This document shows, piece by piece, positions 1 to 11,912 of a stretch of DNA of 64,000 bases; position 1 is the stretch's first letter, and the number at the start of each line of letters is the position of its first letter. The stretch is from the NCBI GenBank assembly GCA_031835245.2, contig JAVKOQ020000087.1, positions 62,001 through 126,000 on the forward strand. The letters are read 5' to 3'. The notes beneath the pieces are model-generated. The model did no database searches. It was not told the DNA's origin and saw nothing but the letters and a program-made list of their open reading frames with translations. This stretch comes from Balamuthia mandrillaris. Taxonomy: Eukaryota. The translations under genes and the position numbers were made by a program.

Positions 1-333
1 AGCTACGAGAAGGATGCACGCTCCTATTATTCCAACTATGGATCCTGTCTCTCAGTGTTGGCCCCTGGAACCCTCATCAAGAGCACTTGGATTGGAGAGA
101 GTGACGAGGAGGTCAAAACCATCTCTGGTACTTCCATGGCCTCACCACACGTGGCAGGTGTTGCTGCGTTGTTCTTGGATGTCAACCCTGAAGCCACGCC
201 CAAGGATGTTAAAGGGTTCATCCTGGATAATGCGTTGGAAGGAAAGGTCGTGTTGGGATGTGAGCCCACTGAATCTACCTGTCCGCAGACTCCCAACAGA
301 CTGCTTTACTTCGCTTGTGGTGCTTATTTATAA
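1..333 (+). CDS. Subtilisin/proteinase K-like serine protease (S8), 3' end only
   Basis: Frame 1 is open from base 1: ...YYSNYGSCLSVLAPG...TISGTSMASPHVAGVAAL...TPNRLLY, with the catalytic-Ser motif GTSMASPHVAG; stop at 331-333. Confidence 0.93.
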   Translation, partial: SYEKDARSYYSNYGSCLSVLAPGTLIKSTWIGESDEEVKTISGTSMASPHVAGVAALFLDVNPEATPKDVKGFILDNALEGKVVLGCEPTESTCPQTPNRLLYFACGAYL

Positions 334-414
334 ACAAACAACGACCTTTTGCCGTGTAAGCAACTCTACCATGCTGTTTTTTTCTAATTCCACACTCGAA
401 AGGTTTGTCGTTCT

Positions 415-1878
415 TTAAATGGAAGGAGACAACGGAAGATCACGGATGGCTACAAGGATGCTAGAGGGACAGTGGCTCGGGATATAATGGTCCGAGTCAA
501 CAAAGCAGCTGTGGATGCGTTCTTGATTGTAGCGTTGGAGGTAAAACTGAGCTTCGGAAGAGCGAATGGCAGCAGTGCCTTCCTCGCAGAGTTTTGGTTT
601 CGGTTGGTCGTTGCATTTTTCGCGGTGTGGCTCTGGTTTTGTTGCAGTTAGTACTGTCACTGCAATATGACGAGTTCGTTGCAGTTCATCCTCTATTGGA
701 TAATAAAGGTGAGACAAAGAATAAACACAAGAAGAAAAACAAAGAAGACGACTAAGCACAAGCAAGAAGGGGAAGCAGAGTTCAAGAGGAAAGACCTGTA
801 AGACTTTGCAAAGCCGCCATTGCGTTACCCAACTCGTCCCAATGGCTTAGTTCATGGAAACATGTTCGCGGAAACTTTGTAAACAAAATGGTAACTACAG
901 ATTAACAATAATACAGGAAGGAAAAAAAGAAAGCAAGTACCTTATAAGTTGCCATTTGGGCAAATGTTTCTTCCCGCAAGTGAGAAGGAAGGACAGAAGA
1001 TGGCGCTCCTGATTCCATTGGGAGAGCGTCAAACTCTCCTCCTATTCTCAAGAATCCAAAAGGACTCAACAGACTTGCAATGCGAAATGATATTAATCCT
1101 GTTTGTGTTGGCAACAAGAAGAGGTTTGATGAGATAGGGACGAGAGAAGCGAAATAGGAAAGGTACCTGTAGTGAGAGCAGAGCCTAAGTCATCATAAGA
1201 GAGTTCGCTATCTACCACAATCTGCCAAGCATAAAAAGAGATAGGTAGACCTTAAAACTCAAAAAAAATAGAAATCGAGGAGAAAAAAAGACAAACCATG
1301 CCGGAGACGTCTTCAGGACGGTCGTGAGCGAACAAGTGAATGAGGTTTCCACCAAAGCTCCAACCCACCAAAACATAAGGAGGAGATATAACACTCACTT
1401 TTAACAATGAATACAATTCCTCGTTTATAATAGTCCTGTTGTCATTTGAATGGAATGGGGTTTTTACTCCAGTTAAAAATAACTACCAACAAACACAAGC
1501 AAAAAGAAGAAAGAAGAAGGAAGAAGTGGAAGAAGAATAACGCAATGAAGAGGCGACGTACACATTCCTCTTCGTAGTAGGTGCGTCGCTCCAACCTTGA
1601 ATAAAAACATGTTTAGAAAAAAATCAAAACAGAGAATAGAGCATGAGACACAAAGAAAGAGATTGAGAGGCAGCAGCAGCAAGAGAAGAGAGAGAGAGAG
1701 ACAGAGAGAAGCACGCAGAGGAGAACGACATGAAAAACATGTACCATAGCCTTGTCTATCGTAGGCGCAGAAGCGATAACGTTGAGTCAGTTGTGAGTCC
1801 TTTTCTATTTGCTCGAAAAGTGGAACCCATGCCAACGAAGAAAAGGCAAACCCTACATGATAAACAAAAGAGAGAAGC

Positions 1879-1918
<40 letters not shown>

Positions 1919-2260
1919 AACATTGTTTTTGTTGGTGAACTGAATGGACGAACCAGACTCAAAGAGAAAGGTGGCAGAGGGGTTGGGTTGCGCTCCTATA
2001 CACCAAAGGTGCATGTTGCGGCCTTCCACAAGGAATCTGTTTCCTCTTGCCGGAAAACGGATGGCATCTCGTTGAACGGCGTAATATTGGTACACGAAGA
2101 GCGCGAGCAACACGCCAACAAAAACGGCCACTATGCACAGTGCACACTGCAAACAAAAGGCTGGAGTCCTCTTCGTATGGCGAACATTGGTCACCTGTGA
2201 AGGCACGTAAAGAAGAGGAGAAGCGCTCTCCTTCTCCGCCAGCGGCTTCTTCTTTCCCAT
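415..2260 (-). CDS. Membrane-anchored alpha/beta hydrolase (multi-exon)
   Basis: N-terminal TM segment followed by MHLWCIG..FLFESG, CAYDRQGYGWSD, nucleophile elbow LVGWSFGG (~1345-1370) and C-terminal SDHYIP (catalytic His); GT-AG introns. Alternative start at 2278. Confidence 0.85.
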
Positions 2261-2519
2261 CTTCCTTCTTTCTCTCATTTAATTACTGCTCGTTCAATTG
2301 ACCAATGACGTTTCAGAAAGAAATGTCGACAACAAATCATTGATAGCCAATAGACTATCAGAAATATTTTGTCGACACACGTTTTCCTTATCGGGACTAT
2401 TAGACAAAAAAAAATAGAAAGAAAAAAAAAGCTGCAACGAAAGATTTTTTTAGTTGGTGATCACTGCTGCTCCTCCCCCGCCCGCCCGCTGAAGACTCAC
2501 TCCACCTCTCATCATCGTC

Positions 2520-3199
2520 ATGCAGGTATGTATGTCGTAAGAGGACCTCCCACTATTTTGTGTTTATCCTTTTCATCCCCACACGTTTTTTTTGTTTACA
2601 AATTGTAACCAAAAAAGGCCGCAGAGAAGGAAGAGTTCCGATCTTACCTGGAAAAGAGCGGGGTCATTGATTCTTTGACTAAAGGTTTATTTACTTTATT
2701 TTTTTGAAAGTTCTTTCGTGTCGTGGCTTCGCCTCGCTTAAAATTTGTTGCTTCTTCAGTTTTGGTGGGATTGTATGAGGAACCTGACAAGCCTGCCAGC
2801 GCTGTCGAGTATGTTCTCTCGCTCTCTCTCTCTCTCCTCTCTCTCTCTCTCCTTATTTCGTAGCTCTTTGTCTTATCGTATGTTTGCTTCAGATTTATCA
2901 AGCAACACCTTGGCTCCGCTGTGGAGGACGTGAACGTGCAGGCCCTGCGACAAGAAAACGAGGTGCTCAAAAGAGAGAACGAGAGCCTGAAGAAGAAAGT
3001 GGAGGAGTTGCTTGCTAGGGTGCGTTGTTGCATTTTTATTTTTATTTTTTGTTTTCGCCTCCCTTTGTACTTCTTTCGCCGTTTTTTTTGTTTTTTTTTT
3101 TTTTTTTTTTTGGGGTTTGTTTTGTTTTTTTTTTTTTTTTTCTTTGTTGGTTTGTTTGTTGACTTGCTATCGACATTGCAGCTCGACAAGAAAGAATGA
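2520..3199 (+). CDS. MYCBP: c-Myc-binding protein (AMY-1) homolog, 5 exons
   Basis: Spliced product MQ|AAEKEEFRSYLEKSGVIDSLTK|VLVGLYEEPDKPASAVE|FIKQHLG...LRQENEVLK...|LDKKE matches the MYCBP signature. Confidence 0.9.
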
Positions 3200-3464
3200 A
3201 GTAAAAAGTAGAGGATGGAAGGAACAGAGCGAAGGAAGGAAGGAGGGGGTTATGGAAGGTGTTGGGCAGCATTGTAAGGCAAATAACGAGGATTACAAAA
3301 GCTTAATGAAGAGAAAGTTCTATGCGAAGCATAGTACTATTTTCAACGATGATCAATGCAACAACACCACCTCCTTGGTGGACCTCTCAAAACAGAAAAA
3401 GAAAACCCATGTAATCATCAACAGCCAGTAGCTCTTCTCTTTTTGTTTATGTCGGCAGAATGAG

Positions 3465-3501
<37 letters not shown>

Positions 3502-3520
3502 AGAGAAGACCAGGAAATGG

Positions 3521-3557
3521 CGGTGATGTCAACATATTGACAAGGTTGACATCACCG
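3521..3557. repeat. Perfect 13-bp inverted repeat with an 11-nt loop, followed by a G homopolymer
   Basis: CGGTGATGTCAAC-ATATTGACAAG-GTTGACATCACCG. Confidence 0.85.
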
Positions 3558-3828
3558 GGGGGGGGGGGGTGCTTAATGCTGTCCTCCGATGCACCCATGG
3601 GGGCCATGCAGGCCGTGCTGAAGGAAGGGACAGAACAGCTTCATTTACTTGGAGAAAAATTAAAAAAGAAATAAAATAATAACGACAAAGGGGCAGCAAG
3701 GGCGCCAAACAACAAAAAAAAAAAGAAGCAACTAGACCGCAACAAGAAGGTCCGGACACATTTTTTGACAGAACGGCATTCATAGCGGCCACTTCCTCGC
3801 GAGTTGTTGGTTGGTTGATGAGCGACCG

Positions 3829-4664
3829 ATGGACATTAGGCTGGGGCGAGAAGAGGGAGAGGCAGGAGGAGGAGGAGGGAGCTTGAAGCAGCGGTGGGAG
3901 GAGTTGAAACGACATCCGGCGGCGCGATGGCTGCGGGAAAAGAGTTTTGTGTTGTTCGCCATCGACACGAGGGCGCTGGCCTTTGTGCGCATGGGCCTCG
4001 CCGCCGTTTTGCTGTTTGATCTTTGGGTCAGAGCCACCGACTTTGCAGCTTTCCTTTCGGTAACCGTTTTCGTTGTCTCGGCGTTTTGCGCCACGTTCAC
4101 TATTTTTATTGACTGTTTCGTGTATAACGCACAGGACGATGGAGCCATCCCTTGTCGTACGGTGTTGGATGCCAACACCGACCCTTTCTTGCTTCCAAGC
4201 CTTCACCTTACGCTGTGTCAATCGGACTTTCTGATGGTTACCTCTTCTCATCTTGTTTCTTTGCTTTCGTTTTTTCTGAACCTGCTCACTGCCAATGGTT
4301 CCATCAATCAAAATAGAAAGTGTTACTTCTGGTGGCGGCTTTGGCGGCTGTCTGTCTTCTCTTTGGCTACAAGACGCAACTATCCAATGCGCTTTCCTTC
4401 TTTTTTCTTAGTTCTTTGCACTTCCGGTTCGTTCTTTTTTGTTCTTCGTCTTCTTTGTCTTCTCATCACTCGTTTCGCAGGACCATTCCAGTGATGAATG
4501 GAGGAGACACGCTGCTCCGATTAGCTTTGTTTTGGCTCATGTTCTTGCCATCAGGGACCACATTTTCCATCGACAACGCATTGGATAAAGGAAAACACAA
4601 GAAGCCTCGTCACTACTATTCCTTTCGTTGCCTTGGTAACTCCTCCTTCCCTCTCCCTTTCTCG

Positions 4665-4709
<45 letters not shown>

Positions 4710-7048
4710 ACGCAGCATACCAACACGTTATGCATTTAACAATCCAACAGGCATGATGACGCAAATATTTATCATGTACTATAGCAGCACTTACCATAAG
4801 ACTGACGAGAGCTGGCAAGATGGCACCGCTCTCTACTTTGCTCTCAACATTGACTATTATGTAACTTCTTTAGGGCTAATCGTTCGGCAGTATATCGAAC
4901 TGATGAGGTTTCTCACTTTTGCCACCCTCGCTCTTGAGCGCTATGGTATGAGGTGTCTTTCTCGTTTTGTTCATTTCTATCCTCTGATCTCATTGTTTGA
5001 ATGCTCTCTCATATGTAGGGTCTCTCCTCTTGTTCTGTCCGTTCTTCGTCACTCCGCTGCGTATTCTGTTAGCTATGTCTTTCATAGGCTTTCATTCGGG
5101 TATTGGTTTGACCATGAACGTGGGGATATTCGTGCCGGTTCCTTGCATAATCATCTGCGTGTTCTTGCCGACTTGGTTCTGGGATAAAGTTGCCTCTCTT
5201 CCTACATATTTTGCTCGGTTCAGTCGTTTCGGTAACTGCATTTTATTCTCTTACTCTTTTCCTTCTTTTGTTGCTAATTTATTCCAATGTTGGGCAAGCA
5301 GAGATGTATTATGATAAAGGAGAGGACGAAACTACAGGACGGTTCCTGCGCGTATACAAAGAATGTTGCTTGTTACCACAAAGTCGGCTGCTCAGAACAA
5401 CTCTGTCGTCGGATGACATTACAACCGCTTCACGCTCGAGGAACAAAAGCGCATTTTTCGATAGCAGCGACGATGATGAGGAAGAGACTGAAGAAGACGT
5501 TCCGTTAGTGGAGGACAGAAGAGTAACGAAGAACATTGAAGCAGAGGAAAAAGAAGAAATTGGAGTGTTGCTGGGCTCTACCAGCAGAAAAATCAAAAAG
5601 CGGTTCACAACAACTGCGACAACGAGAAACACTTCCGACATTGAGGAGAATAGAAGTGGTTTGGATAAAGAAACGGTTGCGATGTTTCATCAAAAGGAAG
5701 AGCCGCAAATTTTGGAAACTGAAGAAGAGGAAGAAGAAACGAGAGGAGGCATTCGCGAAAGACCCCTTCGTCATTACAAACGACGGAAGAAGAGACAGCA
5801 TGAACAGTCCTTTATGGAGGCTTGTCGAGCTTCCTTCCGGGCCTTGGAACGCCGTGCTGCTCTGGTGGACTTGGAGCAAAGGTTTTTTTTTTGTTTGCAA
5901 GCTTCTCTCTTCTTTTCCTTGTTATCGCTTTCTCTCTCTTGCTTTCTTTCTATCTTTTTTTTTCTAAACTCTTATTTAATAATCATACCAGCCACTGGAT
6001 TGCTGTAGACGAGAACAAAGAAGAGCACGAAGGTTACTTCGCTTTAGTGGCTTCCTTCCGTGCCTCACCTTTCCTCTGCTTTCTAGCGCCACTTATGCGG
6101 CTGCCTTATCTGCGTGATGCCCTGAAAGTGCTTTGGGAGTTTATGGCTTTTGCTTTGCAGCTGGTGGGAAGTGGGAAAAAGGTCAGACGCGTTGTGCGAT
6201 GCTGTCTACCCTTTTGGAACTCGGAGCGGAGGTCCATTCCGGTGAGGATAAGACATGCGTTGGCGAACGTTATTTTCTTCCTGTTTTTCATGTGGTTGTT
6301 GGCCAATGCTATCAAGGTACTTTTGTTGGTCTTTGTTTTACTTTCCTAAGTCACTAAACAAAACCTTATTTCGTTTGTTTATTTTCAGTCGGTGGAACAA
6401 GGATACCACGTACCAGGACTCTCATCGGGACCGGTTACGCGGGTCATCCGTGGCCTCCAACTAGGCCAGAAATGGCTGATGTTCCGCTCGCCCTACCGAG
6501 GGGACGGTTGGTGGCTGATGGAAGGCACGACCAAAGATGGGCGGCAGGTGGACGCTTGGAAATGGTATTTAACGAATAACGATACGCTGATAAAGGAGAA
6601 GCCATCTGTTGTTGGTTATGTTTATCCCAATCAACGGTAAGAATACCTCCTCTCCTTCTTCTTGTTCTTGTTCTTGTTCTTCTTCTTGTGCTTCTTGTTC
6701 TTGTTCTTGTTCTTGTTCTTCTTGTTCTTCTTGTTCTTCTTCTTCTTCTTCTTCTTTTGTTTTTCTTCCTGTTCTTTCTTTTTCTTTGAAAGCTAACAAA
6801 AACAACAATATCCAAGGTGGCGCAAGTTTATGATGAATCTCAACTCCAAGAACCACCAGAAATATCGAGCCTATTTCTCGCACTTTCTTTGTCGCGTGTG
6901 GAATGAGAAACATGAGGAGGGGCAGAGACTATTGCGGATAGAAGGGATGTTCATGGAGGAGTACACCCCCCCGCCGGAGCTCATCGACAAAATCGAGGTA
7001 AGACCCGTCCGTAAGTGGTCCCACGACTGCGCGAGAATTGTTCTGTAA
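3829..7048 (+). CDS. HTTM-domain multi-pass membrane protein with a degenerate DCC1-like region
   Basis: IDTRALAFVRMGLA, DDG, NGGDTLLRLALFWLMFLP..FSID, HK...WQDGTALYFAL, FHSGIG, LGQKWLMF, DGWW..EG...DG..VD and QRWRKF are motifs typical of bacterial HTTM proteins; about 9 exons. Confidence 0.8.
6656..6756 (+). repeat. Compound (TTC)/(TTCTTG) microsatellite in an intron
   Basis: Directly visible in the HTTM last intron. Confidence 0.9.
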
Positions 7049-7243
7049 GCCAAAAATTCGACTTATCGATATTTTGTTGAACCATTCTCGATTTTTTTGT
7101 AAATAAATTTAATTTTTCTTGGTGGAAAAAAAGATGTTTGGACTGAGATTCGAACCGACGAAATGTCATTTCTGTCGACAAGCAAAAGAAAAGAAAAAAG
7201 ATCAACAAAAAAAAAAAGCTCACACAACACAAACAACAAAAAA

Positions 7244-8138
7244 ATGTTCAAGAACTACATTGAGCATGCCATCAGATTTCACAGCTACCTCAGGCGAGGC
7301 CACTGGGACAAGATGGACGCCATCCTCGCTGAGAACGTGAAATACGTGCGCAACACACCGCGCTCCGAAAAATGGGGGCCGCTGCTCTTCCAGGCCCAAG
7401 GCCGCGAGGAGGTAAAGAAGCGGCTCAAGTTGGTGTACAACCATGAAATGGGCGGCTCGGACGCTATTTACAAGATGCGCGTTGGACCGACGATGCTGGT
7501 AGCCCCTCAGGAGGCCGATCAGAAGTGGAGGATCACCCGAACGGAATTTATCTACGACTGCGAGGAGCTCAAACGACCCGTCACCGTGCTTCACACGATT
7601 CGCTACGATGTGGACGACGAGAACCGGCCCATCGTCTCGATTGAGGGGGAGGACATCAACCAGGACGCCGTTTGGATGACGGAGGAGGAGGCCGCCGCCA
7701 AGTGGGCCGAAGAGGAGGAAGCCAAAAAGAAATGGGTTTGTTTCTCTTATGACCCTTTTTATGTATTTTTGTTATCGAACGTTTTTCTTTCTTTTGTTGT
7801 GTCTTTTTATTTGTTTTTTGTTGTCTTTTTTCTGTTCTTCTTTCCTTCTTTTATTTTTGCTTTTTCGCTTCTTTGTTTTTTTAACAAAAAAACAACAGTT
7901 GGCGGATTTGGCGGAGTACTATTTTATGAAGGTAGATACGGACAGAGATGCGTTGCTTGGTCCCGACGGAATAGGGCTCGGCAAAGAAGTACAGCGCATC
8001 TACCCGGTGAACGAGCGCTTTGGCAAGGTCAAGCTGGAGGAGGGCTCCCAGCTCAGACAAATCGTGATGGACAAGGGCCAACGCATTTTGCACAAATGGG
8101 ACCGACAAAAGTATCTTATTGATACCCTCTATGCCTAA
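7244..8138 (+). CDS. Hypothetical protein with a possible NTF2/SnoaL-like N-terminal fold (2 exons)
   Basis: GC-rich coding composition; GHWDKMDAILAENVKY...GREEV resembles a SnoaL-like pattern; intron ~7736-7898. Confidence 0.65.
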
Positions 8139-8172
8139 TAACCTTTTTTTCCCCCACTCTATCTTCTTTCAT

Positions 8173-8228
<56 letters not shown>
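8173..8228 (+). repeat. (TTTC)n microsatellite
   Basis: Directly visible, intergenic. Confidence 0.9.
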
Positions 8229-8341
8229 GACATACTTTCTTCTTTGTTGTTTATCTCTCTCGCCAAACTTCCCCAAGAGAGAAGAGAGAGGAGCAGAGAC
8301 CGAGCAAGAGGGAATGTCAGGATTTTTGTGGACAAATTCAC

Positions 8342-8359
8342 TTTCATGACGTCATGAAA
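8342..8359. promoter_or_regulatory. 18-bp perfect palindrome with a CRE core (TGACGTCA)
   Basis: TTTCATGACGTCATGAAA, about 40 nt upstream of ATG 8398. Confidence 0.45.
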
Positions 8360-8397
8360 CAATTTAAAAAAAAAAAAAGAAGGAAAAGAAGGAAAAG

Positions 8398-9565
8398 ATG
8401 GAAAGCAACAAACCAGCAGCCATCTTCGTGGCGGGCGACAAGTCCACGGTGGGAAAGAGCACCGTGTGTGTTGGCCTTTTTGGGGCCTTGTTGGCCGCTG
8501 GCAAGTACAAAGCCTCGGAGATGGCCTACATCAAGCCTGCTACCCAATGCGTGGGTGTTCAGTTGGGTTTGTTTGTTTCTCTGGGTCTTTTTTCGCTTTT
8601 CGCTCTTTCTTGTGATTTACTTTTGTGCTTTTCTTTCCATTTTTTTTTTGTTTCATTGTTTTTTTTTTCAAAGTGAGCAAGTACTGTTACAAGGCGGGCA
8701 TAGCTTGTCGTGGCATTGGTCCACTTGTATTTTACACCGGTTTCACGAGGGAGTGCATCAACGGGGAGGGACCATCCCCTGACCAGCTGCTAACGACCAT
8801 CCAACAAGCTGTTGCCAAAATCGCAGAAGGCAAAAAGGTTACCAAACTATGCTCTTCTCTCTCTCGTTCTCCGCTTGTTGCTTGCTGCTCCTACCTCGCT
8901 GCCACTGTTTTCCTCTTCTCACCAAAAACAACAGTTTGTTCTGGTGGATGGAGTGGGTTATCCTTCGGTGGGAAGCATCGTGGGTGTGTCCAACGCGCAT
9001 GTGGCCAAGAGGTTGGGCTGCAAGGTACTGTTGGTAGGCAAGCATGGCGTCGGGGATGCAATTGACAGCTTCAACCTCAACTGTTGTTGGTTCGAAAAGT
9101 TTGGCGTGGACGTGTTGGGTGTGTTATCCTTCATCTCTCCCCTTCACCTTTTGTTTCTTTCCTCTTTCCTGTGCTGTTGCTATTATGTGTTGTGTTCAAC
9201 TGAACCTTCTTGCAACAAACACCACAAAAGGCTGCATTTTCAACAAGGTGGAAGAGCCCTATGAAGACACAAAGCACCACGTGATGAAGTGGTTCGCACG
9301 AACATATCCAGAAGAAGCAGAAAGAAGCGGAACAATAAGAAAACGGGCGTACGGTTTCATCCCCAAATCAGAAGAACTCTCGGATCATCGAGGAGCAGAA
9401 GAGGATAAGAAGAGGGAGAGTTGCCAGCTGGAAACTCCTCTCACGCTGCAGATGAGCGAAGAGGAGGAGCAACGATGTGAGCGGATCGTGCAACAGTTCA
9501 TGGAGCATGTGGACCTTGAAAGTCTCCTCCAAGATATCCAGAACAGTTCTGCTCTTTCTGTCTAA
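8398..9565 (+). CDS. BioD/CobQ-like P-loop protein (AAA_26-type, like the Pta N-terminal domain)
   Basis: IFVAGDKSTVGKST (Walker A), YIKP, VLVDGVG, SNAHVA, IFNK; 4 exons. Confidence 0.8.
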
Positions 9566-9678
9566 GAGAGTGAGAGAGAGAGAGAGAGAGAGGCTTAATG
9601 TTGAAAAGAAGCAGAAAGCTGGAGAATATTGTTCATAAAACAAACGAGGAGAAGGTCGTTTTTTGTTTGTGTTTGTTT

Positions 9679-10160
9679 TCACTTTTCTCGCCAAGCAGCA
9701 ACGACAAAGGCTACGATGACGAGATTGACCACGATAACGGAGGACACAGCAGCCAGCGTAGTTTTTTGCGTTTCCTCCAAAGGGAAGCCCAAGATCCCTA
9801 CGCGAACATATGTTAACAATCGTTTGTCGGTGGAAGAAAAAAAAACAACTTGCGTACAGTCAATGCGATACACTAAGAAAAGCGTCAACAAGGGCAACAC
9901 CAAAATGCATACAGAAGCCTTAAGGAGCGTTGATACAGCGTCCTTGTTTTGTTGGTCCCTTTTTCGGTGACAACCAATCACTCTTTGAAAAAATAAGGCG
10001 ACTCTTTGAAAACAAAAGAAAGCTGAACTTACTGCAATAACTGAAAAAGTGAAGCGTCTAACTCTTCCTTACTACCTGGTGATGTGGTTCCCTCATCACC
10101 CTTCGCTGCCGCCTTCGCGTCGGCCGCGAGCGCATCGTCCTTCCTTCTTCGTCGGGCCAT
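9679..10160 (-). CDS. VMA21: V-ATPase assembly factor VMA21 homolog (3 exons)
   Basis: Spliced MARRRRKDD...LFQLLQ|DQQNKDAVSTLLKASVCILVLPLLTLF...|WILGF...LAAVSSVIVVNLVIVAFVVAAWREK: two TM helices and a VMA21-like AV..VN....FV..AW.E pattern. Confidence 0.7.
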
Positions 10161-10513
10161 CTTTTTTGTCGACTGAATAGATCAACGTCTGAAAACTCCC
10201 AGATAATCGAAACGATCTGGTATCCATCGGGCGATTTCTGCGAGTTTCCGATCATAATGGGCCATGCCATTGGATATTCCGTTCATTAATAATGAAACGA
10301 CACCCCTCATTATCACGGCATTACGATGTAATTGAACGCCAAAAATAGCCTCGGGTGGGCCGGCACCTTTTTCGTCTCATTTTTCAATACCTTTCCTCTC
10401 TCTAAGGGTTAAAAAAACTGTTGTGCTCAGCTCCCCTTTTCTCTTTCATTAACAAAAATTATTTTAAAGCGAACAACAGAACTTTGCGTTGCAGCTTCAC
10501 GCAGTGTCACATA

Positions 10514-11287
10514 ATGCAGCAGGTCGTTATACTGGGAGAGGGCGCCGTTGGCAAGTCTGCCCTTACTATACAGTTTACACAGAACTTGTTTGTCAAGGAC
10601 TATGTAAGTTTTTTTCTTTGCGACCCCTCTCCCCCCAAAAAAAATAAATAAAAAAATCTATACAACTATAGTTTTGTCCCTCTCTTTTCTCTTCAACACA
10701 CAATCATTTTGATCTTATTTTTTTTTAGGACCCAACCATCGAAAGCAGTTACAGAAAACAAATCACAATTGGAGATGAAGTCTGTATGTTGGACATTTTG
10801 GACACGGCCGGTCAGGAAGAGTACAGCGTGATGCGGGACCAATACATCCGAACGGGTGGGGGTTTCCTGCTTGTCTACAGCATCGTCAACCGCGACTCTT
10901 TCGACGCCATGGAAGACTTTCGTGACCAGATCCTCCGAGTCAAAGACTCTCGTATGTCCATTCTTATCTTCTCGCCTTTTTTTTCCTAATTTTTTTTGTA
11001 AAAAAGCAAACTACCCGATGGTTCTTTGTGGCAACAAATGCGATCTCGAGGACGAGCGCGTCATCTCTAAGGAGGAAGGCGAGAACCTGGCCAAGAAGTT
11101 TGGCTGCCCCTTCTTCGAGACCTCTGCCAAGCTGAGGATCAACATCGAGGAGGCCTTCACCCAACTGGTGGTAGACATCAAGAAGAGGCAGGAGAGCAAG
11201 CCCGAGCAAGGGAGCGGCGGCGGTCTCGGCGGTGGCAAGACCCCCAAGAAGAAGGCAAAGAGCGGCAGGCGGTGCGTTGTACAGTAA
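10514..11287 (+). CDS. Ras-family small GTPase (3 exons)
   Basis: [40 protein letters not shown], polybasic tail and CaaX CVVQ. Confidence 0.95.
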
Positions 11288-11912
11288 AAACCCAAACGAA
11301 ACAGAGAACCACCAACCTTCCACCCATCCTCCCTACAAAACTTTGCCACAAAGCATAATGAAAGAGGGACCCTCTTTCCTGTTGTAATTTTATTTTTATT
11401 TGTCTTGTTTCTGCTTTCTTGCTGTACAAAGTCCCCCTCTTTTTTTTTCCCCCTACCTTCCTTCACATTCTTCTTGCATCCCTCTCCTATTGTTGGGGAC
11501 CACGATGCTTGACTTTGCGGGAGGACTTTGTTATTATATCAACCCTTGAGTTTTTTTTTTTCTTCCCAATAAGAAAATTTTGTACCACCCCTTTCTCTTC
11601 CTGTTCGTTTGGCAACCCTCTCTGCTCTCTCCTCTTTCCCTACTTGCGCTCCCACCAGGTGGCGGGCGGCCCCGACCACGTGTTCGTGTGGGTACCGTGC
11701 GCCCTAAAAGGAGCACAAATGGAGGTCAAGTTGCCCTTTGTTTGTAACGAAAAGCCAAAGGAAAAGAAAACGGGAAAACGAAAAAAAAAAAAAGGAGGCC
11801 CGCACAACAAAAATAAAAGCCAAAGGGGACCTGAAGAACAGCAAGTAAGATCTAGTTGCTTTTTTTTCGTTTTCCCGTTTAAAAAAACAACCCAAAGAAA
11901 GAGTGTTTCGCT

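Noticed and set aside
2644..3431. Poly-Lys/poly-Phe ORFs, and the many similar SLSLSL/RERERE ORFs across the window
   Set aside because: Translations of intronic T-runs and (CT)n microsatellites, or of the antisense strand of real genes.
3520..3645. U4/U6/U6atac snRNA or SECIS interpretation of the hairpin region (GCATGGCCCC matches U6)
   Set aside because: Only short matches; no ACAGAGA box, canonical Sm site, or SECIS core geometry.
6609..6833. Metallothionein-like Cys/Ser ORF (also the poly-AC/poly-LC ORFs at 38434-38715)
   Set aside because: Lies in intronic microsatellites; the host genes splice cleanly around them.
11655..11705. GC-rich possible hairpin upstream of the Cys-rich gene
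   Set aside because: Weak pairing and no RNA family motifs; more likely promoter sequence.
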